A DNA stretch of 64,000 nt, taken from assembly GCA_038321985.1 (NCBI GenBank), contig JBBQFN010000017.1, positions 32,001-96,000 of the forward strand, written 5' to 3'. Positions 10,032 through 23,051 of this stretch are shown here, in pieces; the stretch's first letter is position 1, and the number at the start of each line of letters is the position of its first letter. The translations under genes were made by a program, and so were the position numbers. The notes beneath the pieces are model-generated. The model had not been told where the DNA came from and did no database searches. It saw only the letters and a list, made by a program, of their open reading frames with translations. The DNA is from Cyanophyceae cyanobacterium. GTDB lineage: Bacteria; Cyanobacteriota; Cyanobacteriia; Cyanobacteriales; Laspinemataceae.

Positions 10032-11180
10032 ATGAAAGAGTATCAACGGTATATTAAAATTATTTTTTCTGTAATATTGATGCAGTTTGTTACGATTAGT
10101 GCCTTTAATATTGCCATCGATCCTTACAGTGTATTCAATAGTCCAATTGGGTTAGGGCTTAATCAAGTCAAGCCGGAAAAACATAAACAGGTGCGGATGT
10201 TTAAAGCCATTGATGTTATCAAAATTCAACCGGCTATGGTGTTTATCGGGTCCTCTAGGACAGAGTTTGGTCTGGACACTGCTCATCCGTTTGTAGCCGG
10301 GATACAGCCGGGATATAATTTAGGAATTACCGGGGCGAATATCTATGAAGCACGGCGATATTTTGAACACGCGATCGCCAATAATCCTAACATAAAAAAA
10401 GCAGTGATTGGAACTGATTTTTTTATGTTTGGTAATAACAAAAAAAGCCAAGCTGACTTTTCAGAAAATCGCTTATTAATTTCTTATATTACCCTGCAAG
10501 ATAAGTTAAATTCTAGTTTTTCTTGGGGGGCTACTCGGGGAAGCTTGAAGACCATTAAAGTCAATCAAAGCCATGGTGATAGGGTGGGACATTTTTACCC
10601 CGATGGCCGGAGAAATCCAGCTTATTATATCCAAGATATTTATGGAGGTCTTCAAGGCGTAGATATTATGGAAGACCTTTTAAAAAAAAATGATTTTTTT
10701 CAAGCAAAAAAAAGAGGGCAACTCTACGAAATTTCCCATTTAGAAGAAGTAAAAAATATCGTAAAATTATGTCAGGAAAACCAGATTGAATGTCATCTGT
10801 TTATCTCTCCCTCTCATGTAACTCAGTGGGAGTCACTTCGGTTATCCGGAGCTTGGGAAGTTTTTGAAGACTGGAAGCGTAAATTGGCAGAAATTACGCC
10901 GGTTTGGGATTTTTCGGGTTATAACAGCATTACGACAGAACCCCTGAGTCACAAGATGAAAAATTATATGGATAATTCTCATTATCGGAAAGAAATCGGC
11001 GATTTAGTCTTAAATCGGATCGGTCAATATAATGAAGATATAGTCCCCGCAGATTTTGGAGTATTATTAACTCCAGAAACCGTAGATAATCACTTACAAA
11101 AAATTAGAGAAGACCAGAAAAAGTGGGCAAATAATAATCCAGATGTTGTCGGTTTTGTAGAAAATCTTTTTAAAGATTAA
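10032..11180 (+). CDS. Membrane-anchored SGNH-like protein, probable extracytoplasmic O-acetyltransferase partner of the MBOAT
   Basis: N-terminal TM ending NIAIDPY, GSSR motif and C-terminal DNSH (DxxH); ATG 10032 lies 8 nt after the MBOAT stop. Confidence 0.65.
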   Translation: MKEYQRYIKIIFSVILMQFVTISAFNIAIDPYSVFNSPIGLGLNQVKPEKHKQVRMFKAIDVIKIQPAMVFIGSSRTEFGLDTAHPFVAGIQPGYNLGITGANIYEARRYFEHAIANNPNIKKAVIGTDFFMFGNNKKSQADFSENRLLISYITLQDKLNSSFSWGATRGSLKTIKVNQSHGDRVGHFYPDGRRNPAYYIQDIYGGLQGVDIMEDLLKKNDFFQAKKRGQLYEISHLEEVKNIVKLCQENQIECHLFISPSHVTQWESLRLSGAWEVFEDWKRKLAEITPVWDFSGYNSITTEPLSHKMKNYMDNSHYRKEIGDLVLNRIGQYNEDIVPADFGVLLTPETVDNHLQKIREDQKKWANNNPDVVGFVENLFKD

Positions 11181-11212
11181 GTCGAATTCATGATGGTTAA
11201 CTTTAAAATATT

Positions 11213-12166
11213 TTAATCTTCTGGATGTTCAGTGATTAATTCCTGCCTAATTTTATCCCAAGACAATGATCGAATGTTGAACCAGGCATCAGCAAACAGA
11301 CTCCCAAGGGTCAGAATCCCGTTGGAGTCAAAATGCAGTAAGTCTTTATGTAGAGATAAATTGCGAGTTTCAACAGCCCGAGTATGGGGAATAGTAGTCT
11401 GGACATTGAGTTGAGCCGATCGCACCATATCCCCGCAACAGTTTATCGTGTTATTCGGCTTTTTATGCTGATTTCCAAAGTGAACCATTCCGTAGACCAA
11501 GGGAAGGTTTGGTCGGTTAAAATCCTGACGAATGGTTTGGATAAAGTGGGTGAGATTAGATTCATAGTCTTGGGCCATTTCCAGATGACTGGCATCGCTT
11601 TCTCCTTGCATCCAGAAAAACCCTGAAACCTCTACGGTATAACCCAAAGCAGATAAGTCGGCGATCGCCTGGAAAACTCGCTGTTTCAGGCGAGGATAGA
11701 GGGTATCTTTTGGATCACCGTTGGCATCTAAACCCGGATCCCATTGGGTGGCGAGATTCGTCCCATTTCGAGAATATTTGACCAACGCGACGGTTTCATT
11801 CAACCCATTGGCAAGATTCTGTCCCAGAGAAATTTCGGGTCCAAATCCGACGGAATTGTTCACTTTATGACTATGTTCGGGATGATAAGCCTCGAAGGGA
11901 GGAACAGGGAGAGAAGGGTCTGGAGAGAGTAAGGGTTCTGTAGGTGCTTCTAGGGGAACCCACTGGTCCTGGCGATCGTACCAGAGTACATTCTTTTGGG
12001 ATTGGCGCAGGCGATCGGGCAAGTCCTCTATATGGGATTGATAACCTAGCATATTCGATTGTCCTGCCAAAATAAAAAGTTTAATCCATAATGCTTGAGA
12101 ACGGTTCATGGAAAACACCAAAAAGGTAGAGATGAGTGCCAATCTAGTTGTTTGCTTGAGATTCAT
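11213..12166 (-). CDS. Sialate O-acetylesterase/SASA-domain carbohydrate esterase, likely exported
   Basis: FILAGQSNM, WMQGESD and DLLHF motifs; signal-like N-terminus from ATG 12166. Confidence 0.85.
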   Translation of the reverse strand: MNLKQTTRLALISTFLVFSMNRSQALWIKLFILAGQSNMLGYQSHIEDLPDRLRQSQKNVLWYDRQDQWVPLEAPTEPLLSPDPSLPVPPFEAYHPEHSHKVNNSVGFGPEISLGQNLANGLNETVALVKYSRNGTNLATQWDPGLDANGDPKDTLYPRLKQRVFQAIADLSALGYTVEVSGFFWMQGESDASHLEMAQDYESNLTHFIQTIRQDFNRPNLPLVYGMVHFGNQHKKPNNTINCCGDMVRSAQLNVQTTIPHTRAVETRNLSLHKDLLHFDSNGILTLGSLFADAWFNIRSLSWDKIRQELITEHPED

Positions 12167-12251
12167 AGAAGTTGTTCGGGTTGGTTTATGACGTTGCGAT
12201 CGCGCCTCCCTGTTCTCTATGTTTAGGAAGAAATGCAGCAATCGCGCCCCA

Positions 12252-13220
12252 TCATTCAGTTTTGGAAAATCGCACCTTAAGAATTTTCAGGAATTTTCGA
12301 GCCTGTTGAGGAGGTAGCAAAATTCCAGCTATTATTTTAAAAAATACAATTGACATGAGTCGGTTTTGCCGTCGTAGCATTCCCGGATTGTTAATTACGG
12401 CATACCAAAAACATCGGCTAGCAATCAGACATTGTATCCGCGAGGGATTGCCTGTGAGCGCCCGAAACATAAGATACTGATAAAAGTTAGCAATACTGGG
12501 CTTTTTGAGGGATTGTAAGGACTCAGAACCCAAAGATAAGGCGCGCTCAATAACTTTCAATCCCTGGATTTCCATTTTAGAAATATTGGCAGAGCTGGCA
12601 CTGGGCGACATCCGATATAAAATTTGAGGCTGCGGTACGGCGACAAAATGATAGCGTGCTGCCAATCGCAACCACATATCCCAATCTTCTGCTGGAGAAA
12701 GCGAACTATCGAACTCACCCACTTTTACTAAAGCGTGGCGACGAATTAAGGGGTTAGAGCCATTTTCTATAAAGTTTTTGAATAAAAGTTTGGCAGTCAC
12801 ATCACCGTTAATGGAGATGTGACTGCCGTGATATAAAAAATTACCCGCTTCATCGATATAATCAGTCCAGCTATAAGCGACAGCGGCATGAGGATTTTCT
12901 TGCAGTGCCTTCAATTGCGCTTCTAGTTTATCCGGTGTCCATAAATCATCAGCATCTAAAAAAGAAATATACTCGCCCCTGGCTCGCTCGATTCCCCGAT
13001 TGCGGCTGACGGCAACTCCTGCATTTGGGTAAGAAAAAACTTGAACTCGTGGGTCTTTTATCGTCGCAATTTTTTCTAAACTTTCATCAGTTGAACCATC
13101 ATTTATCACTATAATTTCTAAGTTTGATAAGGTCTGTTTTAAAACGGAATTGAGAGTTTTGTTGATAGTTTTTTGATTATTGAAAATTGGAATAATTACA
13201 GAAATGAGGGGCATGAGCAT
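12252..13220 (-). CDS. Glycosyltransferase family 2
   Basis: ISVIIP, INDGSTD, FLDADDLW, EDWDMWLR. Confidence 0.92.
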   Translation of the reverse strand: MLMPLISVIIPIFNNQKTINKTLNSVLKQTLSNLEIIVINDGSTDESLEKIATIKDPRVQVFSYPNAGVAVSRNRGIERARGEYISFLDADDLWTPDKLEAQLKALQENPHAAVAYSWTDYIDEAGNFLYHGSHISINGDVTAKLLFKNFIENGSNPLIRRHALVKVGEFDSSLSPAEDWDMWLRLAARYHFVAVPQPQILYRMSPSASSANISKMEIQGLKVIERALSLGSESLQSLKKPSIANFYQYLMFRALTGNPSRIQCLIASRCFWYAVINNPGMLRRQNRLMSIVFFKIIAGILLPPQQARKFLKILKVRFSKTE

Positions 13221-13244
13221 ATAATTTTCAATACAATTGTAGCT

Positions 13245-14231
13245 TTAGAACGCATCTAGACGAACATAACCCAGTAAGGTAATAGGATTCGCAAATCCTT
13301 TCATTTTGGTTCTAAATGTGCCAGCCTGAGCCGGAGGAAGCAAAGCAATTACGAATACTTGAAATAAGACTTTAAAGATAACTTTTTTTCGCATCAGTAC
13401 CGGATCGTACCGGATTGCTTGGGATAAAAAGCGCAGAGCTGCTATAGCTTTGAGGCGTTGTGGATTTCCTTCCAACGCTTTAAAGGTCAAAAATTTATAC
13501 AGATTTCCTAGACTCTGAGGCTTAAGGTGCTGTAAGAATTCAGGAGCCTGACGATAAGCGCGATCAAGAACGCGCAAACAACCAGTTTCAAGTTTAAACA
13601 CGTTAGCCGACAGAGAATTTGCAGAGATTCGATACAACACTTGCGATCGCGGCACCGTCACGAAAGAGTGCTTGATAGCCAATCTTAAATACAAATCCCA
13701 ATCCTGTCCCGCAGGCAGTGACTCGTCAAAGCCTCCAACTGCTAGTAAAGCCTGCCGCCGAATTAAGGGATTAGAACCATTTTCTAAAATATCCATCATC
13801 AACAGCTTTGGCAGCCCATCACCATTGATCGTGATATGGCCACCCCGACGCAAAAAGCGGCTTGATTCATCAATGCAGTCGCTCCAACTATAGGCGATGT
13901 CAGCTTGAGGATTGGTTTTCAACGCTACCAATTGGGCTTCTAATTTATCGGAAGTCCACAGATCATCTGCATCTAAAAATGCAATATATTCACCGCTTGT
14001 TTGGGCAAATCCTCTATTGCGACTGGTAGAAGCACCACTATTCAGATAGGAAAATACTTTAATGCGCGGATCGGGAATCTGCGAAACGATTTCCCCCGTG
14101 GTATCAGTAGAGCCATCATTAATAATAATTACTTCAAAATCTTCAAAAGTTTGATTTAAAACAGAATCCACGGTTTCTTTAATCGTTTTTTCAGCATTAT
14201 AAGCTGGAATAATTACTGAAATTGTTGGCAT
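13245..14231 (-). CDS. Glycosyltransferase family 2 (paralog of neighbour)
   Basis: ISVIIPAYN, NDGSTD, FLDADDLW. Confidence 0.92.
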   Translation of the reverse strand: MPTISVIIPAYNAEKTIKETVDSVLNQTFEDFEVIIINDGSTDTTGEIVSQIPDPRIKVFSYLNSGASTSRNRGFAQTSGEYIAFLDADDLWTSDKLEAQLVALKTNPQADIAYSWSDCIDESSRFLRRGGHITINGDGLPKLLMMDILENGSNPLIRRQALLAVGGFDESLPAGQDWDLYLRLAIKHSFVTVPRSQVLYRISANSLSANVFKLETGCLRVLDRAYRQAPEFLQHLKPQSLGNLYKFLTFKALEGNPQRLKAIAALRFLSQAIRYDPVLMRKKVIFKVLFQVFVIALLPPAQAGTFRTKMKGFANPITLLGYVRLDAF

Positions 14232-14232
14232 A

Positions 14233-15225
14233 TTATTTCCCCTCGTTGTTTTCTCCAGTCCCTAATTTTCCAGTCTGGGCATTTTTTATCCAATAAAACG
14301 GACTGAGCAGACTACCCCGATAAAACTCCATTTCAAAGGCTGGTATTAACTCGTTTTTCAGCTTATCTCCATACTTGAGGCGATGTTGAATTATGCGCCG
14401 CAGATTTCCGGCAATTGTTTTGGCCCAAATCCCTGGCTTGTCCTTTGTTTTAGCATTAATCATCCGTAACTGGCAAGTTGCTACGCCACAGGCACGCGCT
14501 AAGGATAACAAATAGTCTCGTTCTAGCCGCCAAGAGGGAATTTGATGATTGATATGCATAGCTGGATTGTACCAGATTTCCCACCCGGTTTTATGCAGAT
14601 ACAACAAGGGTGCATAATCATCTCCTCTTGCTAAGGCATCTCCTTGATTTCCTACAACTTTAGGAGTATTTGGTACTGCTTCGCGCCATGCTCGTTTACG
14701 AACGACTAATCCGGCACCGGGAGGCAATCGTAACTGATCAGGGTCAAATAAAAAGGGTTTGGGTCCATGTTCACGAATGGCTAAAAATGCCGCAATTTTT
14801 TTAAAGTTTTCTGGGGGTTCTACTTCAAATTCTCCGTGAATTTGCCCGCTGAATGCTCCAGCTTGAGGATGGTTATTGCCAAATTCATAAGCAGCGGCTA
14901 TCCAGTCTATTGCCGGGATATTATCATCATCTAAAAAAGCCAGAAATGTTCCCTTTGCTTCTTGGATAGCTCGTTCTCTGGCAAAGGCGAGTCCTTGTTG
15001 TCCTTCAAAGTAGTATCTTAGAGGATAATTGGGTTGCCAATGGGTTTGATACTCTTGGATAACTTGAGCGGTGTTGTCACTGCTATTGTTATCAATAATG
15101 ATGATTTCCCAGGCGATATTTTCAGTTTGAACTTGATGGCGCAGGGCGTCTAATACTTGGGGTAAACGAGTCGCACCGTTATAGGTTGGTATGGCTACGG
15201 TTAGGTCTAATGAATCGGTATTCAT
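14233..15225 (-). CDS. GT2 glycosyltransferase, HpsE-like
   Basis: DLTVAIPTYNG, IDNNSSD, FLDDDNIP, GWEIWYNPAM. Confidence 0.85.
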   Translation of the reverse strand: MNTDSLDLTVAIPTYNGATRLPQVLDALRHQVQTENIAWEIIIIDNNSSDNTAQVIQEYQTHWQPNYPLRYYFEGQQGLAFARERAIQEAKGTFLAFLDDDNIPAIDWIAAAYEFGNNHPQAGAFSGQIHGEFEVEPPENFKKIAAFLAIREHGPKPFLFDPDQLRLPPGAGLVVRKRAWREAVPNTPKVVGNQGDALARGDDYAPLLYLHKTGWEIWYNPAMHINHQIPSWRLERDYLLSLARACGVATCQLRMINAKTKDKPGIWAKTIAGNLRRIIQHRLKYGDKLKNELIPAFEMEFYRGSLLSPFYWIKNAQTGKLGTGENNEGK

Positions 15226-15288
15226 AACTGGAAAATTCCATTACTGATATGGATTCTTTGATGTGAGTCTGGGTCAAGAATCGGCCAT

Positions 15289-16287
15289 TTATTCTCCTGC
15301 GATCGCCCCTTTTTTAGAGAACTCTCTAGGCTTTTTATTTCGATCCAAATAGCCGTTACGCCACAGATAAAAAAAGCTGTTTAAACTACTAACCAATAAC
15401 TGTCTTTCACAAGCGGCGATCGCATCGGGAACCTGAATCCCATATCGGAGGATATGCGCGGCCAATTTTCGTAAGTCGTTGGCGAAGTAAGCGGTGGTCA
15501 AAACCGGCTTTAATATCGGCTTTACCCCCACCATCCGCGTGACATATCGACTCAACCCAATCCCTCGAAAAAACGGAATTAAATACTCCGGATCTAAGCG
15601 TTGCCGGGGAATTTTATGGACAACCTGCATCGCAGGATTATACCAAATTTCCCAGCCTTGCAATTTAATATAGGCGATCGCTTCTAAATCCTCTCCCGTA
15701 AGCATACTGCCCGGAGTTCGGCCATTGAGAATGCTATTTTCCGGTACGCTGTCTCGCCAGACTTGGGTGCGGGCTACTAACCCAGCAGACGGAGGCAATA
15801 AATTTTTATGGGGGGAATAGAGTAACGGTTTTGAACCCCGACGGGTAATGGCTAAAAAGCAGATTAAGCGATTAAAATTGGGCGGCGGTTCTATTTCAAA
15901 GTCCGGGGAAATTAAACTCCCATAAGCACCGGCTTTCGGATGTTGTTGGGCAAATTCATAGGCAGCAGATACCCAATTTGAGGCTGGGATATTGTCATCA
16001 TCCAGAAACCCAATTAAAGGACTCTTGACCTCTTTAACGGCCCGTCTACGAGCGTGAGCCGCCCCCTGTTCGGGTTCAAAGCAATAGTGCAAAGGTCCGA
16101 TTCCATCCCATTGCGCTTGATAGTCTCGCAGAATTGGGGCGGTGTTGTCGCTGCTGTTGTTATCAACCACTAGAATTTCCCAGGAAAACCCTTCGGTGTT
16201 GACTTGCGATCGCAGTGCCTCTAACACTTCTGGAAAGCGCTTTTCCCCGTTATAGGTGCAAATTGCAACGGTTAAATCAACCCCCAT
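15289..16287 (-). CDS. GT2 glycosyltransferase, HpsE-like
   Basis: DLTVAICTYNG, FLDDDNIP, GEDLE, GWEIWYNPAM; tandem paralog. Confidence 0.85.
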   Translation of the reverse strand: MGVDLTVAICTYNGEKRFPEVLEALRSQVNTEGFSWEILVVDNNSSDNTAPILRDYQAQWDGIGPLHYCFEPEQGAAHARRRAVKEVKSPLIGFLDDDNIPASNWVSAAYEFAQQHPKAGAYGSLISPDFEIEPPPNFNRLICFLAITRRGSKPLLYSPHKNLLPPSAGLVARTQVWRDSVPENSILNGRTPGSMLTGEDLEAIAYIKLQGWEIWYNPAMQVVHKIPRQRLDPEYLIPFFRGIGLSRYVTRMVGVKPILKPVLTTAYFANDLRKLAAHILRYGIQVPDAIAACERQLLVSSLNSFFYLWRNGYLDRNKKPREFSKKGAIAGE

Positions 16288-16376
16288 CTTTCACTACTCC
16301 CTTGCCCTAAACAGTGCTATGGTTTCTCTGCCCTTTTGAAAACTCCAAGCCCTAAAATTTAACTATCCAATTTGGG

Positions 16377-16404
16377 GAAGGACAGGGTGCTACCCTGTCC
16401 CTTT
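16377..16404. repeat. Short palindromic repeat (GGACAGGGT-nn-TACCCTGTCC); a related copy lies at 44650-44678 after ssb
   Basis: ggacagggtgctaccctgtcc versus gtaaggacagggtattaccttgtccttac. Confidence 0.6.
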
Positions 16405-16420
16405 CATCAAAATAGCCCTT

Positions 16421-19204
16421 TTAGGGAATCGGTTCACTCTTGACATCGATCGCCTCATCAATAAATCGACTGTTCAGCGGTTGAGTCTTGACTTCCTCAA
16501 CGGATTCAATCGGTTCCGGCGGTTCATCGGGCGGGATTACTGGCTTTTTTTGAACCGGAACCGGCGGTTTAGTATCAAAGGTCAATTTTGACGGTCCTCG
16601 GTCAATGTAAAGGGTATCTCCTGCAACAAATTTCCCTTCTAATAACAGAGTGGCGATCGGGTTTTCCAATTCTCGTTGAATCGCCCGCTTGAGGGGTCTG
16701 GCCCCATAAACTGGATCGTAACCGACTTCGGTAATATAATCCAGAGCTTCATCCATGAGACTAAGGGAAATTTTTTGCTCAGCCAATAGCTTATCCAAGC
16801 GCTTGATTTGAATTTTGACAATTTCGCTCAACTGCGATCGCGTCAAAGCGTGGAAGAGAATAATCTCATCCACCCGGTTCAGAAACTCCGGACGAAAGTG
16901 CTTCCGTAGCGCCAGCATCACCCGTTTTTGCATTTCTTCATAGCGGGAATCATCCCCGGCTAAGTCTAAAATGTGGTCACTGCCAATATTGCTCGTCATC
17001 ACAATCACGGTATTTCTAAAATCGACCAACCGCCCTTGGGAGTCGGTGATTCGTCCATCATCGAGCACTTGCAACAAAATATTAAACACATCGGGATGAG
17101 CCTTTTCTACCTCATCCAACAACACCACGGAATAAGGATTTCGGCGCACCACTTCCGAGAGTTGACCCCCTTCGTCATACCCCACATACCCCGGAGGCGC
17201 ACCCACTAACCGGGAAACCGAGTGTTTCTCCATATACTCGGACATATCCAGGCGCACCAGGGAGTCCTCGGTGTCAAATAGGACCTGAGACAAGGCGCGG
17301 GCGAGTTCAGTTTTACCGACCCCAGTCGGTCCCATAAATAGGAAGGAACCGATCGGGCGTCCGGGGTCCTTCATTCCAGCGCGTGCCCGACGAATGGCAG
17401 CAGAAACAGCCGAAACCGCTTCTTGTTGTCCAATTACCCGCTGATGGAGAAACGATTCCATTTGTAGCAGTTTCTGCCGTTCTGATTCCAACAGGCGATT
17501 AATGGGAATCCCGGTCCATTTGGCAACAATTTCGGCAATATCAGCTTCCGTGACTTGTTCTCGCAGTAAAGTAGAGCCACTGGCTTGCAACTTCAGCAGT
17601 TCGGCTTCTTTGGCTTCGCGATCGCGCTGTAACACCTCCAACTTGCCATATTTCAACTGCGCCGCCTTGTTCAAATCATAGTTGCGTTCGGCTTTTTCAA
17701 TCTCCACCCGCAAGCCATCTTCCTGTTCCTTGAGCGCATTAATGGCATTGAGCAAATCCTTCTCCGTCTGCCATTGATTGCTTAGTTGCTGCTGCTTGCC
17801 GGTTAGAGTGCTAATCTCCTGGGTAATCCGCCCTAATCGTTCCTGGGAAGCGCGATAGGCGTTAGTTCCCACCACCCCCGCACCTTCCCCTTCCAGGGAG
17901 AGTTTTTCCATTTCTAACTGCATCAACCGGCGATCTGCCGCTTCTAATTCCGTGGGTTTGGAGGTAATCTCCATTTTCAGCTTGGCTGCTGCTTCATCTA
18001 CCAAGTCGATCGCCTTATCGGGCAGAAAGCGATCGCTGATATAGCGATTGGACAAACTTGCCGCCGCCACCAATGCCGCATCCAGGATTTTTACCCCATG
18101 ATGCACCTCATAACGCTCTTTCAACCCCCGGAGGATGGAAATCGTATCATCCACCGTGGGTTGATCGACCATCACCTGCTGGAACCGACGCTCTAAAGCA
18201 GCATCTTTTTCGATATATTTGCGATATTCATCCAGGGTACTCGCCCCAATACAGCGCAGTTCCCCCCTTGCCAGCATAGGTTTAAGCAGGTTTCCCGCAT
18301 CCATTGTCCCTTGTCCCGCCCCGGTTCCGACTACCGTATGCAATTCATCAATAAACAGGACAATTTGACCGTCGGACTGGATCACTTCCCGCAGGACCGC
18401 CCGCAGCCTAGCTTCAAATTCACCTCGGAATTTGGCCCCAGCAATTAGACTGCCCATATCCAGGGAAATTAACTGCCGGTTTTTCAGGGATTCGGGGACA
18501 TCCCCATTAACAATTCGTTGAGCTAGGGCCTCAGCGATCGCGGTTTTACCCACCCCCGGTTCCCCAATTAACACGGGATTATTCTTAGTCCGTCGCGAGA
18601 GCACCTGAATTACCCGGCGGATTTCCTCATCTCGCCCAATTACCGGGTCTAGTTTGCCTTGTTTGGCTTGTTCGGTGAGGTCCCGTCCATACCGTTCTAG
18701 GGCTTCATATTCCGTTTCCGGACTTTGGTCTTTGACCTTAGAACTCCCCCGAATTTCCTTAATTGCCAGGTCCAGTTTTTGTTGCTCAAACGGGGTGCGG
18801 GCGTCAAGAGTAGAGGCTTTTAGGGCGCGACGTCCCAGGCGATCGTCTTCAGCAAAGGCCAGCAACATATGTTCGATGGAGATAAACTGGTCATCGAGAT
18901 TTTGCCTTGCTGTTTCGGCCTTATCTAATAACAGATCTAAACTGCGCCCGAGGTAAAGTTGGCTGGTATTGCCGACTTTAGCTTGACGAGATGCAAAGGT
19001 GCTAACTTGTTGTACAAGTTTCTCGGGAAGGATTCCCGCCTTAGTCAGGATACGCTGGGCGAGTCCTTCTTGTTGTTCTAAAAGGGCGATCGCTAAATGT
19101 TCTACCTCCAGTTGCTGATGTTGGTAGCGACGGGCGACGTCTTGGGACTTGACAATGGATTCCCAAGCTCGGTCTGTAAATTTGCTGGCGTCAGTAGGCT
19201 GCAT
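16421..19204 (-). CDS. clpB: ATP-dependent chaperone ClpB
   Basis: Two AAA+ modules ([16 protein letters not shown]), coiled-coil middle domain, [13 protein letters not shown]. Confidence 0.97.
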   Translation of the reverse strand: MQPTDASKFTDRAWESIVKSQDVARRYQHQQLEVEHLAIALLEQQEGLAQRILTKAGILPEKLVQQVSTFASRQAKVGNTSQLYLGRSLDLLLDKAETARQNLDDQFISIEHMLLAFAEDDRLGRRALKASTLDARTPFEQQKLDLAIKEIRGSSKVKDQSPETEYEALERYGRDLTEQAKQGKLDPVIGRDEEIRRVIQVLSRRTKNNPVLIGEPGVGKTAIAEALAQRIVNGDVPESLKNRQLISLDMGSLIAGAKFRGEFEARLRAVLREVIQSDGQIVLFIDELHTVVGTGAGQGTMDAGNLLKPMLARGELRCIGASTLDEYRKYIEKDAALERRFQQVMVDQPTVDDTISILRGLKERYEVHHGVKILDAALVAAASLSNRYISDRFLPDKAIDLVDEAAAKLKMEITSKPTELEAADRRLMQLEMEKLSLEGEGAGVVGTNAYRASQERLGRITQEISTLTGKQQQLSNQWQTEKDLLNAINALKEQEDGLRVEIEKAERNYDLNKAAQLKYGKLEVLQRDREAKEAELLKLQASGSTLLREQVTEADIAEIVAKWTGIPINRLLESERQKLLQMESFLHQRVIGQQEAVSAVSAAIRRARAGMKDPGRPIGSFLFMGPTGVGKTELARALSQVLFDTEDSLVRLDMSEYMEKHSVSRLVGAPPGYVGYDEGGQLSEVVRRNPYSVVLLDEVEKAHPDVFNILLQVLDDGRITDSQGRLVDFRNTVIVMTSNIGSDHILDLAGDDSRYEEMQKRVMLALRKHFRPEFLNRVDEIILFHALTRSQLSEIVKIQIKRLDKLLAEQKISLSLMDEALDYITEVGYDPVYGARPLKRAIQRELENPIATLLLEGKFVAGDTLYIDRGPSKLTFDTKPPVPVQKKPVIPPDEPPEPIESVEEVKTQPLNSRFIDEAIDVKSEPIP

Positions 19205-19360
19205 CTTTTAAGTGCTGTCTGCCTCCAAAGGTATTTATTTAAGGGTTTAACCGGCTTAAATTAGCATCCGGACTATATAGCTATGGTATCTTATCGGAGT
19301 TTTTCGCTGAGCTCACCGTTTGCAATCCGGATCCAGAAGTCGTTCTCTTAATTGGGTGTC

Positions 19361-19549
19361 ACGACTTTAGTCGTTTCCGCCTCCAACCTTACCTGTAGGT
19401 GGTTTGTTTGTTAAAAGGCGATCGCCTCCGAGCAAAGCCCCATACAATGACAGGACCACAGGGGCTTGTAAACCTGCGTCAGTTTTGAGGATAACGACTA
19501 AAGTCGTTACTACGAACCGGGGATAACGACTTTAGTCGTTACTACGAAC
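19361..19549. repeat. GTAG-type REP cluster (ataacgactnnagtcgttactacgaac)
   Basis: Copies at 19361-19374 (partial), 19489-19517 and 19521-19549; same family at 59730-59833. Confidence 0.8.
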
Positions 19550-19931
19550 TTTTTTGTTGTATCAATTCAATTTTATAACCATTAGGGTCTTCCACGAAGG
19601 CGATCACCGTGGATCCGTGCTTCATCGGACCGGGTTCGCGGGTGACTTTGCCCCCTTGAGCTTTAATGCGATCGCAGGTGGCGTAAATATCATCCACACC
19701 TAGGGCAATATGACCATAGCCAGTCCCCAGCTCATAATGGTCGGTATCCCAGTTATAGGTAAGTTCGATCGCCGCTTCTTCCGATTCATCGCGATATCCC
19801 ACAAATGCCAAGGTGAATTTTCCCCCGGGATAGTCTTTTTGCCGCAATAGCTTCATGTTCAAAACGTTGCAGTAAAAGTCCAGGGATTTTTCCAGGTTGC
19901 CCACTCGCAACATCGTGTGTAAAATTCGCAT
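19542..19931 (-). CDS. gloA: Lactoylglutathione lyase (glyoxalase I)
   Basis: [38 protein letters not shown]. Confidence 0.96.
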   Translation of the reverse strand: MRILHTMLRVGNLEKSLDFYCNVLNMKLLRQKDYPGGKFTLAFVGYRDESEEAAIELTYNWDTDHYELGTGYGHIALGVDDIYATCDRIKAQGGKVTREPGPMKHGSTVIAFVEDPNGYKIELIQQKSS

Positions 19932-20219
19932 GGTTTCTCCAAGTTTCCTGACTTTCTCCTATTGTAAGGGGCCGATGCCTTGCAGTCGGGAAAGGGTTCA
20001 CATCCCCTAGGGGTGAGGGTTTACTCAATCCACTGGAGTAGGGCAACTGCTTGGGATCCTGATCGAGAAAATTTTTTAAATCTGAGCCTCAACCCTAGAG
20101 TTGGCTGTATCGTAAAACTTTGAGGCAATAATTTGCTTGATCTGGCTTGCCGGTGAGGCAAAACTCAAAAACTCACCGAGTTTCAGCCCAGTAATATCTG
20201 AAATTTCAGGGGAGACTGA

Positions 20220-21521
<1,302 letters not shown>

Positions 21522-21669
21522 TTCCCAGACAATGGCGGGGTTTTGAACCCCCGCCTATAGAGTCACGAAATGAGGCGTTTCTACCTCAGTTAAAACTTAT
21601 TAAATAAACTCAAAAATAGTAAGTTTAAAGAATAAAAATACCGATAATTTTAGAGGTTTATTTCATAAA

Positions 21670-21707
21670 TATGAGGAGTAGGGAGCGAGACGCTCCCTAC
21701 TCCTCAT
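21670..21707. terminator. Long perfect hairpin between convergent eno and argC (REP or terminator)
   Basis: tatgaggagtagggagcg-aga-cgctccctactcctcata. Confidence 0.6.
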
Positions 21708-21731
21708 AAAGCAGCCAGATTCTGTTAACCC

Positions 21732-22790
21732 TTATGGATAAAAACCCAGTTCCGGCAATCCAAGGGTTTCATCCCAACCCATCATAATATTTAGACATTG
21801 GATAGCTTGACCGGCTTGGCCTTTGAGTAAATTATCAATCGCCGAAATCACGATCGCGCGATCGGTGCGTTGGTCAATTTCTACGCCGATATAACACATA
21901 TTACTGTTCATCGCCCACTTAGTTTGCGGATAGACTCCCGCAGGAAGCACCCGCACCCAAGGACTATTGCGGTAAAATGCAGTATAAATGGTTACCAAAT
22001 CTTCGCGGACTAGACCGGGGTCCCGTAGTGTAGCGTAGACGGTGGATAAAATCCCCCGAACCATCGGCATCAGATGGGGGGTGAATTGGACCAAAATATC
22101 ATGTCCGGCGAGGTCGCTACCAATAGACTCGATTTCTGGGGTATGGCGATGATGCGCTACCCCATAAGCACAGACGGAATTATCAGCTTCGGCGAGTAAC
22201 AGGTTGGTTTTGGCTTGGCGTCCGCCCCCGGAAATGCCGGATTTAGCGTCAATGATGGCGCTGTTGGGGACAATCATGCCTTGTTTGAGGAGGGGGGCCA
22301 ACGCGAGGATACTGGCGGTGGGATAGCAACCGGGACAGCCGACGAGTTGGGCATCTTTAATGCGATCGCGGTATAATTCCGGCAAGCCATAGACAGCTTG
22401 GGCCGCAGTTTCACCATCGCTGCGATCGCCACCGTACCAATTTTTATAGGTTTCTAAATTACTAAATCGATAGTCGGCAGACAGATCGAGAACCTTACAG
22501 CCTTTTTCGAGTAATCGGGGTGCCATTTTGCAGGCTAAGCCATTGGGCAAGGACAGGAAAACCGCTTGACAGCGATCGGCGATCGCGTCAACATCCACTG
22601 GCTCAATCAGGAGGTCAGTCGCCTGACTCAGATGAGGATACAGATCGGAGAAGGGTTTACCCGCACTGCTATCGCCCCCTAAATAGACTAAATCCAGTTG
22701 GGGATGATCCCTAATTAGGCGAACCAGTTGCACGCCACCATATCCAGATGCTCCAACAATCCCCACGCGCATCGTTTCTAATTCACCCAT
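21732..22790 (-). CDS. argC: N-acetyl-gamma-glutamyl-phosphate reductase
   Basis: [39 protein letters not shown]. Confidence 0.96.
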   Translation of the reverse strand: MGELETMRVGIVGASGYGGVQLVRLIRDHPQLDLVYLGGDSSAGKPFSDLYPHLSQATDLLIEPVDVDAIADRCQAVFLSLPNGLACKMAPRLLEKGCKVLDLSADYRFSNLETYKNWYGGDRSDGETAAQAVYGLPELYRDRIKDAQLVGCPGCYPTASILALAPLLKQGMIVPNSAIIDAKSGISGGGRQAKTNLLLAEADNSVCAYGVAHHRHTPEIESIGSDLAGHDILVQFTPHLMPMVRGILSTVYATLRDPGLVREDLVTIYTAFYRNSPWVRVLPAGVYPQTKWAMNSNMCYIGVEIDQRTDRAIVISAIDNLLKGQAGQAIQCLNIMMGWDETLGLPELGFYP

Positions 22791-23051
22791 CACCTTACTC
22801 CACTCCAAATATAGAGAGCTAGAGCGGTCTTGATCGCTCTAGCTGTTGCATTCTAGTACCAAATGGTAAAAGCGATCGTACAAATCCCTACAGCTTATTT
22901 AGTTTCAAATGAGAATAACTGTGGGCTTCAGGGGAGGTTTTTTACAAATAGCCGGATTTAAGGAAACTCCCATCGCCATGAGGACCCCAGCGACCTATCC
23001 CTCCCCGGGTGAAGGAGAGGGGACTCGACGAGTTACAGGAGTTAGGATCGA

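Noticed and set aside
19489..19549. Possible mini-CRISPR array
   Set aside because: Palindromic 29-nt repeats are separated by only ~3 nt, with no spacers and no cas genes; they fit the REP family.
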